NCBI GenBank assembly: GCA_035221665.1
Contig: CM069151.1
Span: 40,300,001-40,364,000 of the forward strand
Origin: Okamejei kenojei
Taxonomy: Eukaryota
Direction of reading: 5' to 3'
Length of the DNA stretch: 64,000 nt
Positions within the stretch are counted from its first letter, which is position 1. Every line of letters starts with the position of its first letter. The translations under genes were made by a program, and so were the position numbers. This document shows, piece by piece, positions 12,311 to 25,262 of this stretch. The notes beneath the pieces were generated by a model that saw only the letters and a list, made by a program, of their open reading frames with translations, ran no database searches and had not been told where the DNA came from.

Positions 12311-13489
12311 AATTCGACACCAAGTGTTTCTAGCTCTGGTCTTGATGCAAGGTGGAGTGACAACGCTCCATCTCATAGGATTGCTGTCACTGATTGATTT
12401 CATACCTCTTTGGTTAATAGAGAATCGTCAGTTTTACCACTGAACAAACTCTTTGCACTTCTTGTTGGTTTAATTTATTATTAAAAAAACCTCAAAAATT
12501 CAGCAGTCTATTTTATCTTAGATATACTATTGAGCAGAGATGAGGATGTTAGCACTTTAGAAGACACAACAGCAGTGTACATTTACCTTTGACCATCAGT
12601 TTTGATGCATCGTGGATCAGGTGCAGAGCAAAGTTGTTGTGTTTTTTTCCAGAAAAGGCAGAATTTCAATAAAATGGACTATCATCCAATTACTATAGAA
12701 TTGGAAGTCTTCCTTTACTGATCCAAAATGGAAAAGAACACTTGTCTTACATTTTAATCTCTTGCATTTTTTTTAACTTTATATGTACTTATTGATATTT
12801 AGAAGTTAGACACTGAAGAAGTGCCAAATCAGTAAATCATAAACTATGGGGATTTGTGCTAAGTGTGACCAGTATAAATACATGAAATAACAATCATATT
12901 AGTATTATGTAGGAAGAATGGGGAGGGAGGAATGTAGACTAATGAGGCAAAAATTCATACTGATTCAGTACAGTTACCAAATAAATGAGGGCACACAGCA
13001 ACGTTTAGTCCCATTAAATAATGAAAGCTGAGCAAAGTTTTAAATCTATACATCTCACATCCAGATAAATTTAAGGTTTGAACAATGATGGAAGAGAAAG
13101 AGTTGGAGAGGAGAGCAGCATGGGATGAGATAGAGTTGCAAGCATAATCTTGATGAAATTGGGATGATACCATTTAGAGGAGAAAAAGTAATTGGAAGGT
13201 TTACAAATGGGGGGAACAAACACAGATGATAGAGGAAACAAGAAAGAGAGACAGGCACATCAAAGATGGCACAATTATAACACTTGTGTGGGTTGAGGTA
13301 CCCTGCTGAACATTGGCCATCTTGTCTGATCCCCAATGAAGTTATTTGTCCTGGCTTAATGGATCAGCAGCTCTCAACAAAGACTGGATATCTACTTTAT
13401 TCACTCTATGTTTCTTGGCCAATGCCGCTACAGCAAAGAGCATTGTGTGACTGCAATAAACGAGGCAAAGGCCATCAACCTCCAACTTA

Positions 13490-16400
13490 CCAGGATTATT
13501 AACATCTTTATTACACACTATGAACTTGATAAGTCCATAAAAAAGCTGTCGTTGTTTTGTTGGTAAATCACATTTCCCAAACAAAAAAAAAGCAACATGG
13601 CAAACAAAATCAAATGCAAATTACTTCATTCAAATACATTTTCAAGAGTATCCAAGGGGAATAAATATGGTAGCAAACAAACCATAGTAGTTCTACGACC
13701 TGCAGTCACTTTCAGCAATTAAAAGAATGTTTTCTTTATCATATATACAGTATTTGTATCTACATGAAGATTCAATCTTTGCAATATGTCACCGTATAAT
13801 ATTGTGGCCACCTTCTGCAGTATCCATTGGTCCACTTTACTAATTGAATAAAATATCAGTGAACAAATGGGAATTTCAAAATTTATAGGAGTCATTTCCA
13901 ATCTATTCCAGCTTGTTGAATAGGGTTGCTTTTCACAATTACTGGAACACATTTATATGGATACAAACTTATGCCCTAAGCCCCTTCTCCCAGTAATCCC
14001 ACTCACTAACCAGAACCCAAAGTCAACAAGCTTTTGTATGGATTTTAACTAGTGCTGTTATGGTCTCAATACACCTAATGATAGAGCTGTGTGCCACGGT
14101 GATTCATCGATTCTTCATGAAGGGAATGGGAAAGTAAGTACAATGTTATGCTTAATAACATTTTAATAAAGTATGATGAAAATTGTGGAAAACCATCACA
14201 TGGTCTACATCCAAAATCCAGCTATTTCACTGCAGATTTTCTATCCTCCCAAATAATGAACCGGAGAAGGGTTCTCAACACGAAGGTGAAGAAGCTTGGT
14301 TGTGGCACATGTCGATCATTTCTATAAGGAGTGAAAAAGTAATGTAGTACACAAAAAGCAAATTGGCACCTTAGCTTAAGTGCAATTTATTTTTCCTGAT
14401 AGAACACTGGGCAAGCATCAAGTAACCCCAGTGACAACATGGCAGTGCAGTTTCTCGGTCTGATTCCAAGACCAAGAAAGGTTAATGACAACGAATACCA
14501 AAGTAGCTTAAATAACATCCAGCTCCACAGTATTTTGACTTTATTAAGCTCTCTTCACTTACCCATAACTACAGAGGAGAATTAATCACTGTCACAATAC
14601 CTTGCATGCATCACTAGGTATGGACAGCAGCATCTACACCATGCAACAAGATCATGGATATCTTTGCTTCTGATATATCAGGATGAGTGAGAGCAATTCC
14701 ATCACTTGCCCCAGTCACTAATACAACACATTGTCTCTTATTTGTCCAGGTCTTTTGGACAATGCCAAGTAAAGTCCATATTTAACTCTTAGCTTCACTT
14801 CCAATTTTACTTATTTGTGTTTGTCGATTCATTTAGAAAATAAATTCCACAACTGGAAGTTTTTTCTCTCCCGAAAAACACCAGGAACAAGTTGCAGACC
14901 ACAGTACCAGTGCTTTGAATCGCCAGCTGACCATTCATGCGGTTTGACAAATGTCCTTCAATGGAAATCTAAAATATGGATCACATTAATTTATATATGA
15001 ATTTGTGGGTTAACTTAAGGGATAGAACAATTGTGTACTGCATATTAATTTGCATGGAAACCAGCCAGATTTTCCTAAATGTTACAAGTGAGAGCATTCT
15101 GTTAACACAAGGCTCCATTGTTGATCAGCTGCCTACTTTCTCTTCCTTGGTCTATTTACTAATGTTAAAGACACTATACAAGTGAAGTTGCAGTTGTACC
15201 CTTACTGTTATTCATTGGGTGGTTTTAATTCAATTCACAGTAAATATTCTCAACTTACTTCTTGACTGCTCATTTTGTGAACATGACGGGAGAGAGTGGA
15301 CGGGAATCTGTCCCTCTCTCCCCTACCTAGAGCCCTAGTCCTTGGCAGTGTTCAAAACCTGCAAATTGGTACCTTTGTGTCCAATGTTTACTGCAACACT
15401 TTTCTTTATAGATATTAACCCTGCTGGAACTTGGGCTTTACATCTGTTACCTGTGGAACTGACGGGAAATGAATGAAATTTATGGAAAATTAAAATCAAT
15501 AAAAGTAATCCGTGTCTGAAATAGGAGCCCGTCCATTCCCTCGATGCCTGATCTGCAGAGCTCTCCCAACAGTTTGTGTTGTGCTCAAGATTCCTGCATC
15601 TGCAATTCCTTGGTCTAGTTTGCTTTAACCCTCTGCATGGACCCTGTCTGGCTTCACATTTCTCAAACTCCTACCAGTTTTTTGGCCCCATCTCTTTTCC
15701 CCAAAGGTTCTGGTTGGTGTTTCCAACTCTCTGGCCAAAGAAGTGGCCTTCCTGGACCCAAAACCTGAAGACGTTCGTGTGGGAATCCAGAGCAGAGTGT
15801 GATCAAAAGATGAACTCACTTCATACCACTTATGTCTTAGATCCCCAGCAACTTTCAAAGGACATCAATTTTCCCAGGATAGAAATATCAAATACTAGAG
15901 GGCACCACTTTAAGGTGAGAAGAGCAAAGTTTAAAGGAGAGTGCAGGGCAAGTTTTTACACAAATGGTGGTTGCCGGGGTGGTGGTGGAGGCAGATACGA
16001 TACCTTCATTTAAAAGTCTTTTGGATTGGCACATGGATATGGAGAGAATGGAGGGATATGGATTATGTGCAGGCAGATATTGTTGGTCTTGGCATCACAT
16101 TCGGCTCAGACATTGCGGGCTGAAAGGTTTGTTCCTGTGCTGTACTGTTCTATTTATGTATATATTTATCTAACATACGTTAAATATACAGGTTTATACA
16201 CACAAACAGGGGTCACTGGGGAATGATAGGAAGGGAGAATGGTGATTAACCCACTCCCATGCTGTGGAGCTGAACACAGCGGAGACAAGGGATGTAAAAC
16301 TTTCTGCTTTAATTGAATATTTAAAACAAGTGAAAGAGCAATAAAGTAAAAATCTGCACACCAACCAGAGATTAGTATGTAAAAGGATTGTTGTTCTGGT

Positions 16401-16853
16401 TTCTGCGCCAACTTTTATTAAGATGGAAAATGTTGAGATCCGCCCGTAGTTCCACACACCCATGTCATTCCAAACCTCTGGAACCACAGTTATAAAGTTC
16501 CCCAATCAAGATCACTAATAAACAAGACAACTTTGCCATCTTCAGTCAAAGACACAAACACTTTGTGCATAAATACAGAGAAACGCATACAAATAGGTCT
16601 GATTTTCCATTTTCCTTCCTTTGACCCACCCACCCCATATAAAACAGTAAATACAAGAGCTTGAAATCTCTTTGAAGATAATATCAGAGATGAGAGGTCC
16701 TTCCGTTACCTTTTCTCTCTCAAACACTAAAGCCACATGAGTCATGGCCTACTTTTACTTTTATGGCCAACTGTTGACACACAAGACGCCCGATTGCAGG
16801 ACTCCAAAGCTGGACTTAAGTACACGAAAAGTTGTTTTGCCACAGGTAAGTCC
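13490..16853 (-). other. NRF1: Putative NRF1 3' UTR (extent uncertain)
   Basis: Lies downstream of the stop codon; mostly unique AT-rich sequence. Minus-strand AATAAA candidates at 16414-16419 and 13507-13512. The true end cannot be read from sequence alone. Confidence 0.35.
15860..16150 (+). mobile_element. CR1 3' fragment
   Basis: TRGHHFKV motif and CR1 3' UTR ending CTGTGCTGTACTGTTCTAT. Confidence 0.8.
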
Positions 16854-17026
16854 TCACTGTTCCAGCGTCACCACCTCCACTGCTTGGCCGTCCATTGTTA
16901 CTCCAGACGACTGAATTTCTGTCATTCGAGTGGTGACAGGGGCCATTGCAACCTGCACAGGCCTGTTGCCCTGGGCCAAGCTGGTCACAACAGTCTGGTA
17001 CATGCTCACTGGAATTTGCACCAGGC
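16854..17026 (-). CDS. NRF1: NRF1 last coding exon with stop codon
   Basis: (G)LVQIPVSMYQTVVTSLAQGNRPVQVAMAPVTTRMTEIQSSGVTMDGQAVEVVTLEQ*; polypyrimidine tract plus tttcag| acceptor; the C-terminus VEVVTLEQ matches NRF1. Confidence 0.97.
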
Positions 17027-17335
17027 CTGAAAATAAAGGAAAGGGAAAGAGCAAGTTAACAATGCAGACAAGAGTCCTTACACCAACATCACCACCATTT
17101 CCCTCTGAAGAAGCAATTCAATTTGTCGATTTCTCCAAATAGGTTGTTAACTCCAATTATGGGTCCAATAGGACATTTGAAAGCCACCTGAAATATTACC
17201 TTCTCTCATTTTATTCTTCCCTTTCTTTAAAAAAAACCCCATTTCTTTCTCATTTTAAAGATGGTAATCATGAAATGTTATTTAGAACACTGAAGAGTCA
17301 AGGGTGCATCTCGGCAGCTATAGGAGTACAAGAGC

Positions 17336-17652
17336 GGCACAGTGCTGCAACGGTGCATTTGCTGCATTACAGCGTGTGCAGTGCCGGAGACCTGAGTTTG
17401 GTCCCGACTATGGGTGCTGTCTGTACGGCGTTCGTACGTTCTCCCTGTGACCTGCATGGGTTTTCTCCGAGATTTTCGGTTTTCTCCCACACTCCAACGA
17501 CATACAAGTTTGTAGGTTAATTGGTTTGGTAAATGTAAAAATTGCCCTAGTGCGTGTAGGATAGTGTTAATGTGCCGAGATTGCTGGTTGGCACGGACCC
17601 CGTGGGCCGAAGGGCCTATTTTCACGCAGTATCTCTAAAACTAAAATTAAAA
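17336..17652 (+). mobile_element. HE1-like V-SINE
   Basis: tRNA-like head, V domain (CGTTCTCCCTGTGACC..GGTTTTCTCC), GGGCCGAAGGGCCT hairpin, CTAAAA tail. Confidence 0.85.
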
Positions 17653-17759
17653 GCAGACAGAGAAAACACACATTCATAGACATGGACACATACATGCTAT
17701 CCTATACAATTAATGGTTTCATCTGAGAGAAAGTTCTAGAAAAGTACTTCCCAATTTCC

Positions 17760-19770
17760 AAGGTAATGAAGACAGACTAAAGAAAATCCCAAAGCTTTTT
17801 ATACCAACATTAAAAATAAGATAGTAACCAGGGAGAAGATAAAAATCATTCAAGGATAAAGGAGGGAATTTGTGCTTAGTCAAGGGGTTTAGGTAATAGA
17901 CTAAATAAGTACTTTGCTTCTGTTTTCAAGGAGCAAGACAGGGGGGTAGTGAGATGTGTGTGGAGAATACTACTAAGCAAGGGCAGTTTGAGAGTGAGGA
18001 GGAGATGTTGGGGTTCTTGAATAGCATTAAGGTGGATAAATCCCCAAGACCTGATGGAAACTATAGCAGGTTATTGAGAGAGGCAATAGAGGAGATTGCT
18101 GGAGCCATCGCGAAGATCTTTGCATCTTCTCGAGCCACAGGTGAGGACCCGGAGGACTGGAGAGTAGCTAATGTTGCTCCTTTGTTAACAGACACAGTGA
18201 GAATCCAGGGAATTATAGGCTGGTGAGCCTCACATCAATGGTAGGGAAGCTACTGGAGAGGATTCTCCAGGATAGGATTTACTTCCGTTTGGAAGAGAAT
18301 GGGTTAATTAGAGACAGTCAGTATGGATTTGTACACAGCGGACCGTACCTTACTATTTTGATTGAGAGGAGGGTGATGGATATTGTCTACAAGGATTTTA
18401 GTATGCCATTTGATAAATTCCAATTGGTAGGCTGATCCGGAAGATTAAGGTGCATGGGATTCACAGTGATTTGGGCATGTGGATTCAAAACTGGCTTGCT
18501 GATAGGACAGAAGGTTGTGGTGAAAGGACAATATTGGGGACGGAGTCTGTGACCAGCGGAACTGTGTTGGGAACTCTGCTGATGATGATATATATTAATG
18601 ACTTGGACATAAATGTAGACTGGCTGGTTAGTAAGTCTACAGATGACACCAATGCTGGGGTCACGGATTGTGAGGAAGGCAATCACAGTATAGAGTGAGA
18701 GAGATGGCAGAGAAATGGCAGATTAAGTTTAATCCGAGCAAGTACTTTGGGAGGTTGAATGCAATGGGAAAATATACAATTAATGGCCCTTAGCAGCATT
18801 GATGTACAGAGGGATCTTGAGGTCCAAGTCCATAACTCCCTGAAAGTAGCAAAACAAGTAGACAGAGTGGCAAGGAAAGCATATAATATGTTTGCCTTGG
18901 CCAGGGCATTGCATATAAGAGTTAAAGCCCTGTCCCACTGTATGAGTTCATTCAAAGAGTTCTCTCGAGTTTGCCCTGATTCGAACTCGGAGATTTACGG
19001 TAATGGCCACTTGTCGGTACTCGGGGCTCTCGTGGACATTTTTCAACATGTTAAAAAATCTTCCCGAGTCTTCCCGAGTACCTGCTATTAACGTTACTAG
19101 CCGCTAAGAGTCGTCCCCGAGCTCTGACGTACCCGCTACGTTCATTCTATGTGCTTGCCACGAGTTTGATTTTTTTTTAAACTCGGGCGAGCACTTGAAT
19201 GAACTCGTACAGTGGGACAGGGCCATTAGGAAGTCATGATACAGCTTTATAGGACTTTGGTTAGGGCGCATTTGGAGTAATGCGTCAATTCTGGTTGCCC
19301 ATTATAAGAAGGACATGGATGCTTTGCAATGGATGCAGAGGAAGTTTACCAGAATGATGCTTGGATTAGGAGTTATTAGCAATAGGAAGAGGTTGGACAG
19401 ATTTGGATTGTTTTCTCTGAAATGCCAAATTTGTGGAGACCTGATAAAAAATTATGAGCAGCAAGGTAGGGTAAACAGTTGGAATCTTTTTCCAAGGATG
19501 TAAAAACCAAATACTGCAGGACAAAGTTTAAGATGAGAAGGGCAAACTTTAAATGGGATGTGTGGGATATGTTTTCTTTACAGAGGGCGGTGAACGGCTG
19601 CAATATGGGCGGTAGTTAAGGCAGATACAATAGTGTCATTTAAAAGACTTTGAATAGGCACATAGATATGCAGGGAATGGAGAGACACAGATTATGTGCA
19701 GTCAGATGAAAGTTAGTCTTGGCATCATGATCGACACAGACAATGTGAACCAAAGGGGCTGTTCTAACAT
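17760..19770 (+). mobile_element. CR1/HER1 LINE, 5'-truncated and decayed ORF2
   Basis: ORF pieces DKSPRPDG, PEDWRVANVAPL, SLTSMVGKLLE, YINDLD, QRKFTRM; multiple frameshifts. Confidence 0.92.
18925..19225. mobile_element. PIF/Harbinger-type MITE nested in CR1
   Basis: TIRs AAGCCCTGTCCCACTGTA / TACAGTGGGACAGGGCCA; TTA duplication at 18922-18924 and 19226-19228. Confidence 0.85.
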
Positions 19771-21077
19771 TCTGGATTAGTTCCTCAATTCCGATACAAA
19801 AATTATATTTCTCGGACATTCACATTCAAACTCCATTCAGACAAGAAGTTACGATGTGATAGATTAAAATATAGCAATCTACACTTCAATCATCATTCCT
19901 AACCATGTAGTTCCTGCATAACCTTGCCGTAACCTCCACATGGAATGTTCCTCAGCCTTCATTTCCTATCCAAGTCTAGAATTCTAGAGCTAATTGTTAA
20001 TCCTCTATAATTAGTTGCTGAAAACTCAGCCAACTTGGTTCTCTATTCTAGAACATCCCCTCTCTATCTTGTAGGTTTGGTTCCTGCCTTATCTCTAATT
20101 ACTCCTGTTTTGCTTGATGTTCATTTCCCTTCTGTGAAGTAGCCTTTAAAATGCTCTGAAGTATGTGCTGTCGTTCAAACACTTTCTGACAAAACTCGAA
20201 AGTATGTTTCCTGGGAACGTCCCCCCATTATGAATAAGTAGATAGGAGGAATGCAATGGAACCAGATAACCCACACTCATACTTACCTGGGCTGGATGCA
20301 GAGGGCCTCTCTCACTGACTCCTGTGGCACAGTGAAGAGGGGCTGTGCCCAAAACACACCCAACATCTTCCAACAACCAGGAGAGCTGGGCCTCACCAGC
20401 TATAAAAATTGTCACGCATTTTAACAATTCCTAAATGTCACTAACATTCAGAGACTTTTAAAAACTATCAACGTTGAATTAAATAATTAAAGAAAATAAT
20501 TTAAATGTTTTAAAATACCAAAGTAACTAAAACACAATATTCAACCAAAGCAAAATCAATTCCCATTCAATTTGGTTGTGGTTCACATGTAGCTTCTAGT
20601 GGACATAGATGTGATTTGCTGCTCTCAAAGATTATCCTCTGTTACTTATTTTATAATAACTAATAGCATTTTTGTTGCCAGAGGAACAGAGGAAATTTTC
20701 TCCCAGCATAAGAATCGTTGGGTAGCAGAGTCAAGAAGAGTTTGCTGTACTGATAATTTACTAAGTGCTCAGTTCTAAACAAATCAAATTTGTCATTCTG
20801 ATTCAGGAAAGGAGGGAGGAAAAAAATCTGTCTCTGGTGACAATCCAATTGGAACCCTGAACATGGATAGTATTCATAGGTTCAACTGAGCTATCTAAGA
20901 GGTCAGGCAACCTGCTGTTACTCACTGTGATTGCTCAGTCATGAATAATTGACAATTGACGACACAGGGCTGCATAACTGAGTGTCAGTAAACGGGTGAC
21001 GTCTTCAGGAGTGATGTGTACAGTAATGTATACAGGTGGCACTGTGAACTAATATACTTGTTTGGCCCTAGGTAAGT

Positions 21078-21368
21078 GTTTTAGTTTTAGAGGTACAGTG
21101 TGGAAACAGGCCGGTCAGTCTACTGAGTCCACATCAACCAACAATCACCCGTAGACTAGTTCGAACCTATATACTAGGGACAATTTACAGAAGCCAATTA
21201 AACTACAAACCTGCATGTCTTTGGAATGAGGGGGAATAACTGGAGCACCCGGAGGAAACAAATGCGGTGACAGGGAGAACATAAAAACTCCGTACAGACA
21301 GCAATCCATAATCAGGATCGTACCTGGGTCTCTAGCACTGTAAGGCAGCAACTCTATTGCTGCGCCCA
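21078..21368 (-). mobile_element. HE1-like V-SINE
   Basis: Full-length reverse complement of the SINE at 17336 and 21408. Confidence 0.85.
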
Positions 21369-21407
21369 TGGCAAGAATCTTTCTCCTCTCATCGAAATGG
21401 CTAATGG

Positions 21408-21708
21408 GGCGGACCGGTGGCGCAGCAGTAGCGTTGCTTACTTACAGCGCTTGCAGGTTCGATCCCGACTATGGGTGTTGTCTGTAAGGAGTTTGTATGT
21501 TCTCTCCGTGAGCCGCGTGGGTTTTCTCCGAGATCTTCAGTTTCCTCCCGCATTCCAAGGATGTACAGTTATGTAGGTTAATTGGCTTGGTGTATGTGTA
21601 AATTATCCTTAGTGTGTGTTGGATAGTGTTAATGTGCAGGGATCGCTGGTCGGTGCAGACACGGTGTGACGATGGCCTGTTTCCACGCTGTATCTCTAAA
21701 CTAAACTA
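21408..21708 (+). mobile_element. HE1-like V-SINE
   Basis: A-box GGTGGCGCAGCAGTAG, B-box GGTTCGATCCC, V domain, TCTCTAAACTAAACTA tail. Confidence 0.88.
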
Positions 21709-23719
21709 GTTGCTAGACGGTGAGTGGCACCAGCATATCTGGAGATTGGGAATGGTTCAGCATAATGTAATATGCAACATTTAGTACTGTGAATTATCTT
21801 GGCTGCACTATTGGGTGAATTATTTATTTTGCAAATCGTAGTCAGCCAAAATCTCTTATATTTAAATATCTTTCTTTATGTAATAAGGTTAGATGTTGAG
21901 CTACATCTGCAAGTTATTTTTAATTCATTTTGAAAGATTTGGAGGACCTAGCCATGTGAATGATTTAGCAGAGTTAATCCTACGGGTTATATAATTGATG
22001 ATTAATTTGTAAACAGACGGAGCTTTTATTATGTTTTTCAGTACTTCTGCCTCTATGTCTAGAAGCAACCACTAATTAAGCTAATCTTTACAATTTCACC
22101 TTGACATGAGATGACAAGCTTTCAGTGTATTAAAAAAAAATCTCTTATCCACAATCCCCCTTACCCATCCCGACTCTCATACACAACCAAAGCACAACAT
22201 TCAAAAGAAATGAAGTGGACATAATTAGTAGCTATTAATGGACATACACATACTGGGGAATAGGGAGCATGATTACTCCTGGTTCTCCTAATTGTACAGT
22301 CTGACCCTACCTTCGCATGTGGCTACTGGAAAAAGGTAATAATGGATTTACCTGTTGTTTTACTGAGGACAATTCTGGACACCAAATCAAGTAATATGTC
22401 GGGGTACAGGGTGATTCACCAGGGATAAGGGACAACCACCACGAAAGGCTGGAAAGGGGAGAACTGCTCACCTAGGAGGAGAGGTTAAGAGATGCCCTGA
22501 TCAAGACAATGAGGGATAGAATGATAGAGAGCAAGCATTCCCTTTGACAAGTAGGTCACTAATTAGCAATCATGGATGCAAGATCACTATCCCAACTTCT
22601 TATGAGAAGTGAACTAGGAATGTATTCCAGTGGGAATTATCAGATCTGAAGCATTCTATCTGTATGCGTGCTGGATGCTGATTCTATAAATACTTTTAAG
22701 GTGTAAGGTTCCACTATACTTTAAGAATCTTTAAAATGAAAGTAGTGGAGGGTGAATGATTACAAGAGCATTATTTCCAGACAAGTCCTGTCTAACTCTA
22801 TTTTTACTGAAATGCCGGATGTCAGTAAAAACAAGTTAGATCGTAACCATGAACATTTTTACCACTTAAGAATAAAATTCTAGACATGACAATTTGGCCC
22901 AAGCAGTTCTACGCTCCACATCAGCTACCACCCATCCCTCTAGTCTGAAACTATTAGCCTATCCTTTTATTCCCTAAACGATTATTCAGCTTCCCCTTGA
23001 ATATGTCAACATTAATTACTTCAGCTACTCCTTACATTTCATCATGTGCATTGTAAAGCAAATTCTATGGAATTCCTTATTTGACTTAAAAGCCACTATC
23101 ATGCAGTTATGCCCCTATGTTTTGGAGTCCCCAGATGTGAAGAGCACAGCACTTAGGCCAACTTTATAAGGAACAAGGAAATATGCCAGACTGTGAATAG
23201 GACAGAGCCACTAGCTTGTCATAAGCTCCGCACTTAAGCTCATTACTCCACTCCTAGACTGACTTGGACTCAGTGCTTTTATTAAACCCAATCACCCAAT
23301 AACATTGCTCAGCAACAAAGCTTCTAGTTGATTCTTAAAAAGAAAGGGGTTGAGGCTAATCACTGGAGATGGGAGAGGGGATGGTATTGCAGAAATCATA
23401 TAAAAATCAGAAAGTGGAGAATTGTTCTTCACTCCATGTCGTGAATATCACCTGGGCATGGCTCTGAAACAGCACAGAGAACCAAACAGACTTAATTGCC
23501 GGCTGATGATGAATACTGAAAAACATACTTCTGGCAGCCAAAGTGGGCCTTTGATAAGCATGTGCTTTATCAGGTACTTGCTTGTATATCAGATTTGTCA
23601 ATTTGACTACTGTAGTTGAAATGCTGGAGTACCATATAAATATCTGTGAACATAAAGAAGGGAGTAAAATAAAATACTTAGTAATATAATCCGATCTGTC
23701 ATAAACTGTAGATTATCTG

Positions 23720-24130
23720 AAACTGCAGCCGCCTGCATCCTAATTTGCTCACCCATCGGGCCCATGCCTGCTGACCTACATGGACTCCCAATCCAGCAAT
23801 CCCACAATCTTAACATTTGCATCCTTGTATTCAAATCCATCAATATCCACTTACATTGGCCTCTTTGCTCTTCCAATTCTTGAACCTTGCCTATACCCAG
23901 TTTTGTCATTGCGCCAATCACTGGCTGTATCTTCACCTGCCTAAACCCTAAGCTCTGGATGTTCCTCCTTAAACTGCTCGCAACCCTTAAGGCAATCCTC
24001 AAAACCTAACTTTGCACAAGACACCACTCTATATGGCTTGCTGCTAAATGTTGTCCGATTACATTTTTGTGCAGTGATTTAGGACGATACAATGTGTTGA
24101 ACAACGATTGTACAAATGCAAACTGTGTAT
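23720..24130 (+). mobile_element. Old L2-clade LINE 3' remnant
   Basis: GCTGACCTACATGGACTCCCA resembles the 'ADLHWLP' L2 motif, followed by an L2-like 3' UTR; a similar tail lies at ~27950-28155. Confidence 0.5.
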
Positions 24131-24186
24131 TGCAACAGGTAGCAGAAACACTGCTAGCTCTCTTTGTATTTAAGAACGTGGGGATA

Positions 24187-25262
24187 ACGCTTGGGGCAAA
24201 ATTAGCATTGAGGCACTTGTCTTGACCATTCAGCTAATTAGTAATTATTCCACCCATGCTTTCAGAGAAACTTAAGTTGCACAGAAAGGGAGCGTCCTGC
24301 TAAGGTCGAGGATGTTTAACAGTGAAGGGAGGTGTAATTCCAGTCAGCAAGGTATCAAGAATAGCCTGTTGGGGGTCTATTCTAGTCACAAGCGGCTTAA
24401 TTATTGCCTCTCAATATCCTTTCTAGAGTTGAACTAGTGTTTAATGTAGATTTAAAATATCTCGCCTTTTGCACTCTATCCCTTGGAAATAAGGCCCATG
24501 ATCTCATACACTTTATTAGCTTTATTGTTTAGTTTAGTGACTGTCTTTCAATTCCAGACCCGAGGTTACCTTTAGATTAGCCTAAATACAATATTTTTGG
24601 TGCAAAAACAAAGCTTTCCACAGGTTAGCAAACCACAGAAATGGAAAAATATCACTTGAGGCCAGTCAGAAGATAATGTTTACTGAAACCTAACGTTACA
24701 CCTACATCTAACTGTCCAGAATATTTCACATTCAGGTTTACGTGCAGGTATGTTTCTCACAGAGTTGCAACCAAGAGATCAACAACTCTCAAAGCACTTA
24801 AGTAACTGTGTTGCGGAGTAGGCAACTGAAGATAGTTAGAGAACTTCCTACCATAACCCACAAGTACTCATTATTTGGTGGAGAAACGACATATGAGAAA
24901 ATACTGCACTAATTGTATTAGTATATAAGCAGACTAAATTTGGCGTGAAAGAGAGGTTGAGGAATTCTGTTCAATTAAATGGAAAGAAAGGAGTGGATTT
25001 AAACGAGCAAGATAATTATTGAACGAGGTGTACAGATTGTTGAAATGCAGAAGCTGAAAGTGCCTGGAAAGAAATATGAATGGAAGCACAGGAAATCAGG
25101 ATTTTCTGCCAAACAGATGGCAAGTGACTGAAAGAGTAGTGTGGGGGAAACAGCAGTTTTCCTTTACAGGGCATCAGTACCTGTCCTGAGGAAGCAAGAG
25201 ATTATTATACGCTTGGGGCAAAATTAGCATTGAGGCACTTGTCTTGACCATTCAGCTAATTA
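24187..25262 (+). repeat. Perfect 54-bp dispersed direct repeat (24187-24240 and 25209-25262)
   Basis: ACGCTTGGGGCAAAATTAGCATTGAGGCACTTGTCTTGACCATTCAGCTAATTA occurs twice, identical. Confidence 0.95.

Noticed and set aside
14364-14370. miR-96-type seed match (GTGCCAA on the minus strand) in the putative NRF1 3' UTR
   Set aside because: A single 7-mer in a UTR of unknown extent is compatible with chance.
1-16850. miR-183/96/182 cluster expected downstream of NRF1 by synteny
   Set aside because: I did not find the mature sequences (TATGGCACTGGTAGAA, TTTGGCACTAGCAC, TTTGGCAATGGTAGAAC) by eye; the cluster probably lies outside the window.
21408-21480. tRNA-like A/B boxes
   Set aside because: These are SINE heads; no complete cloverleaf, so not called as tRNA genes.
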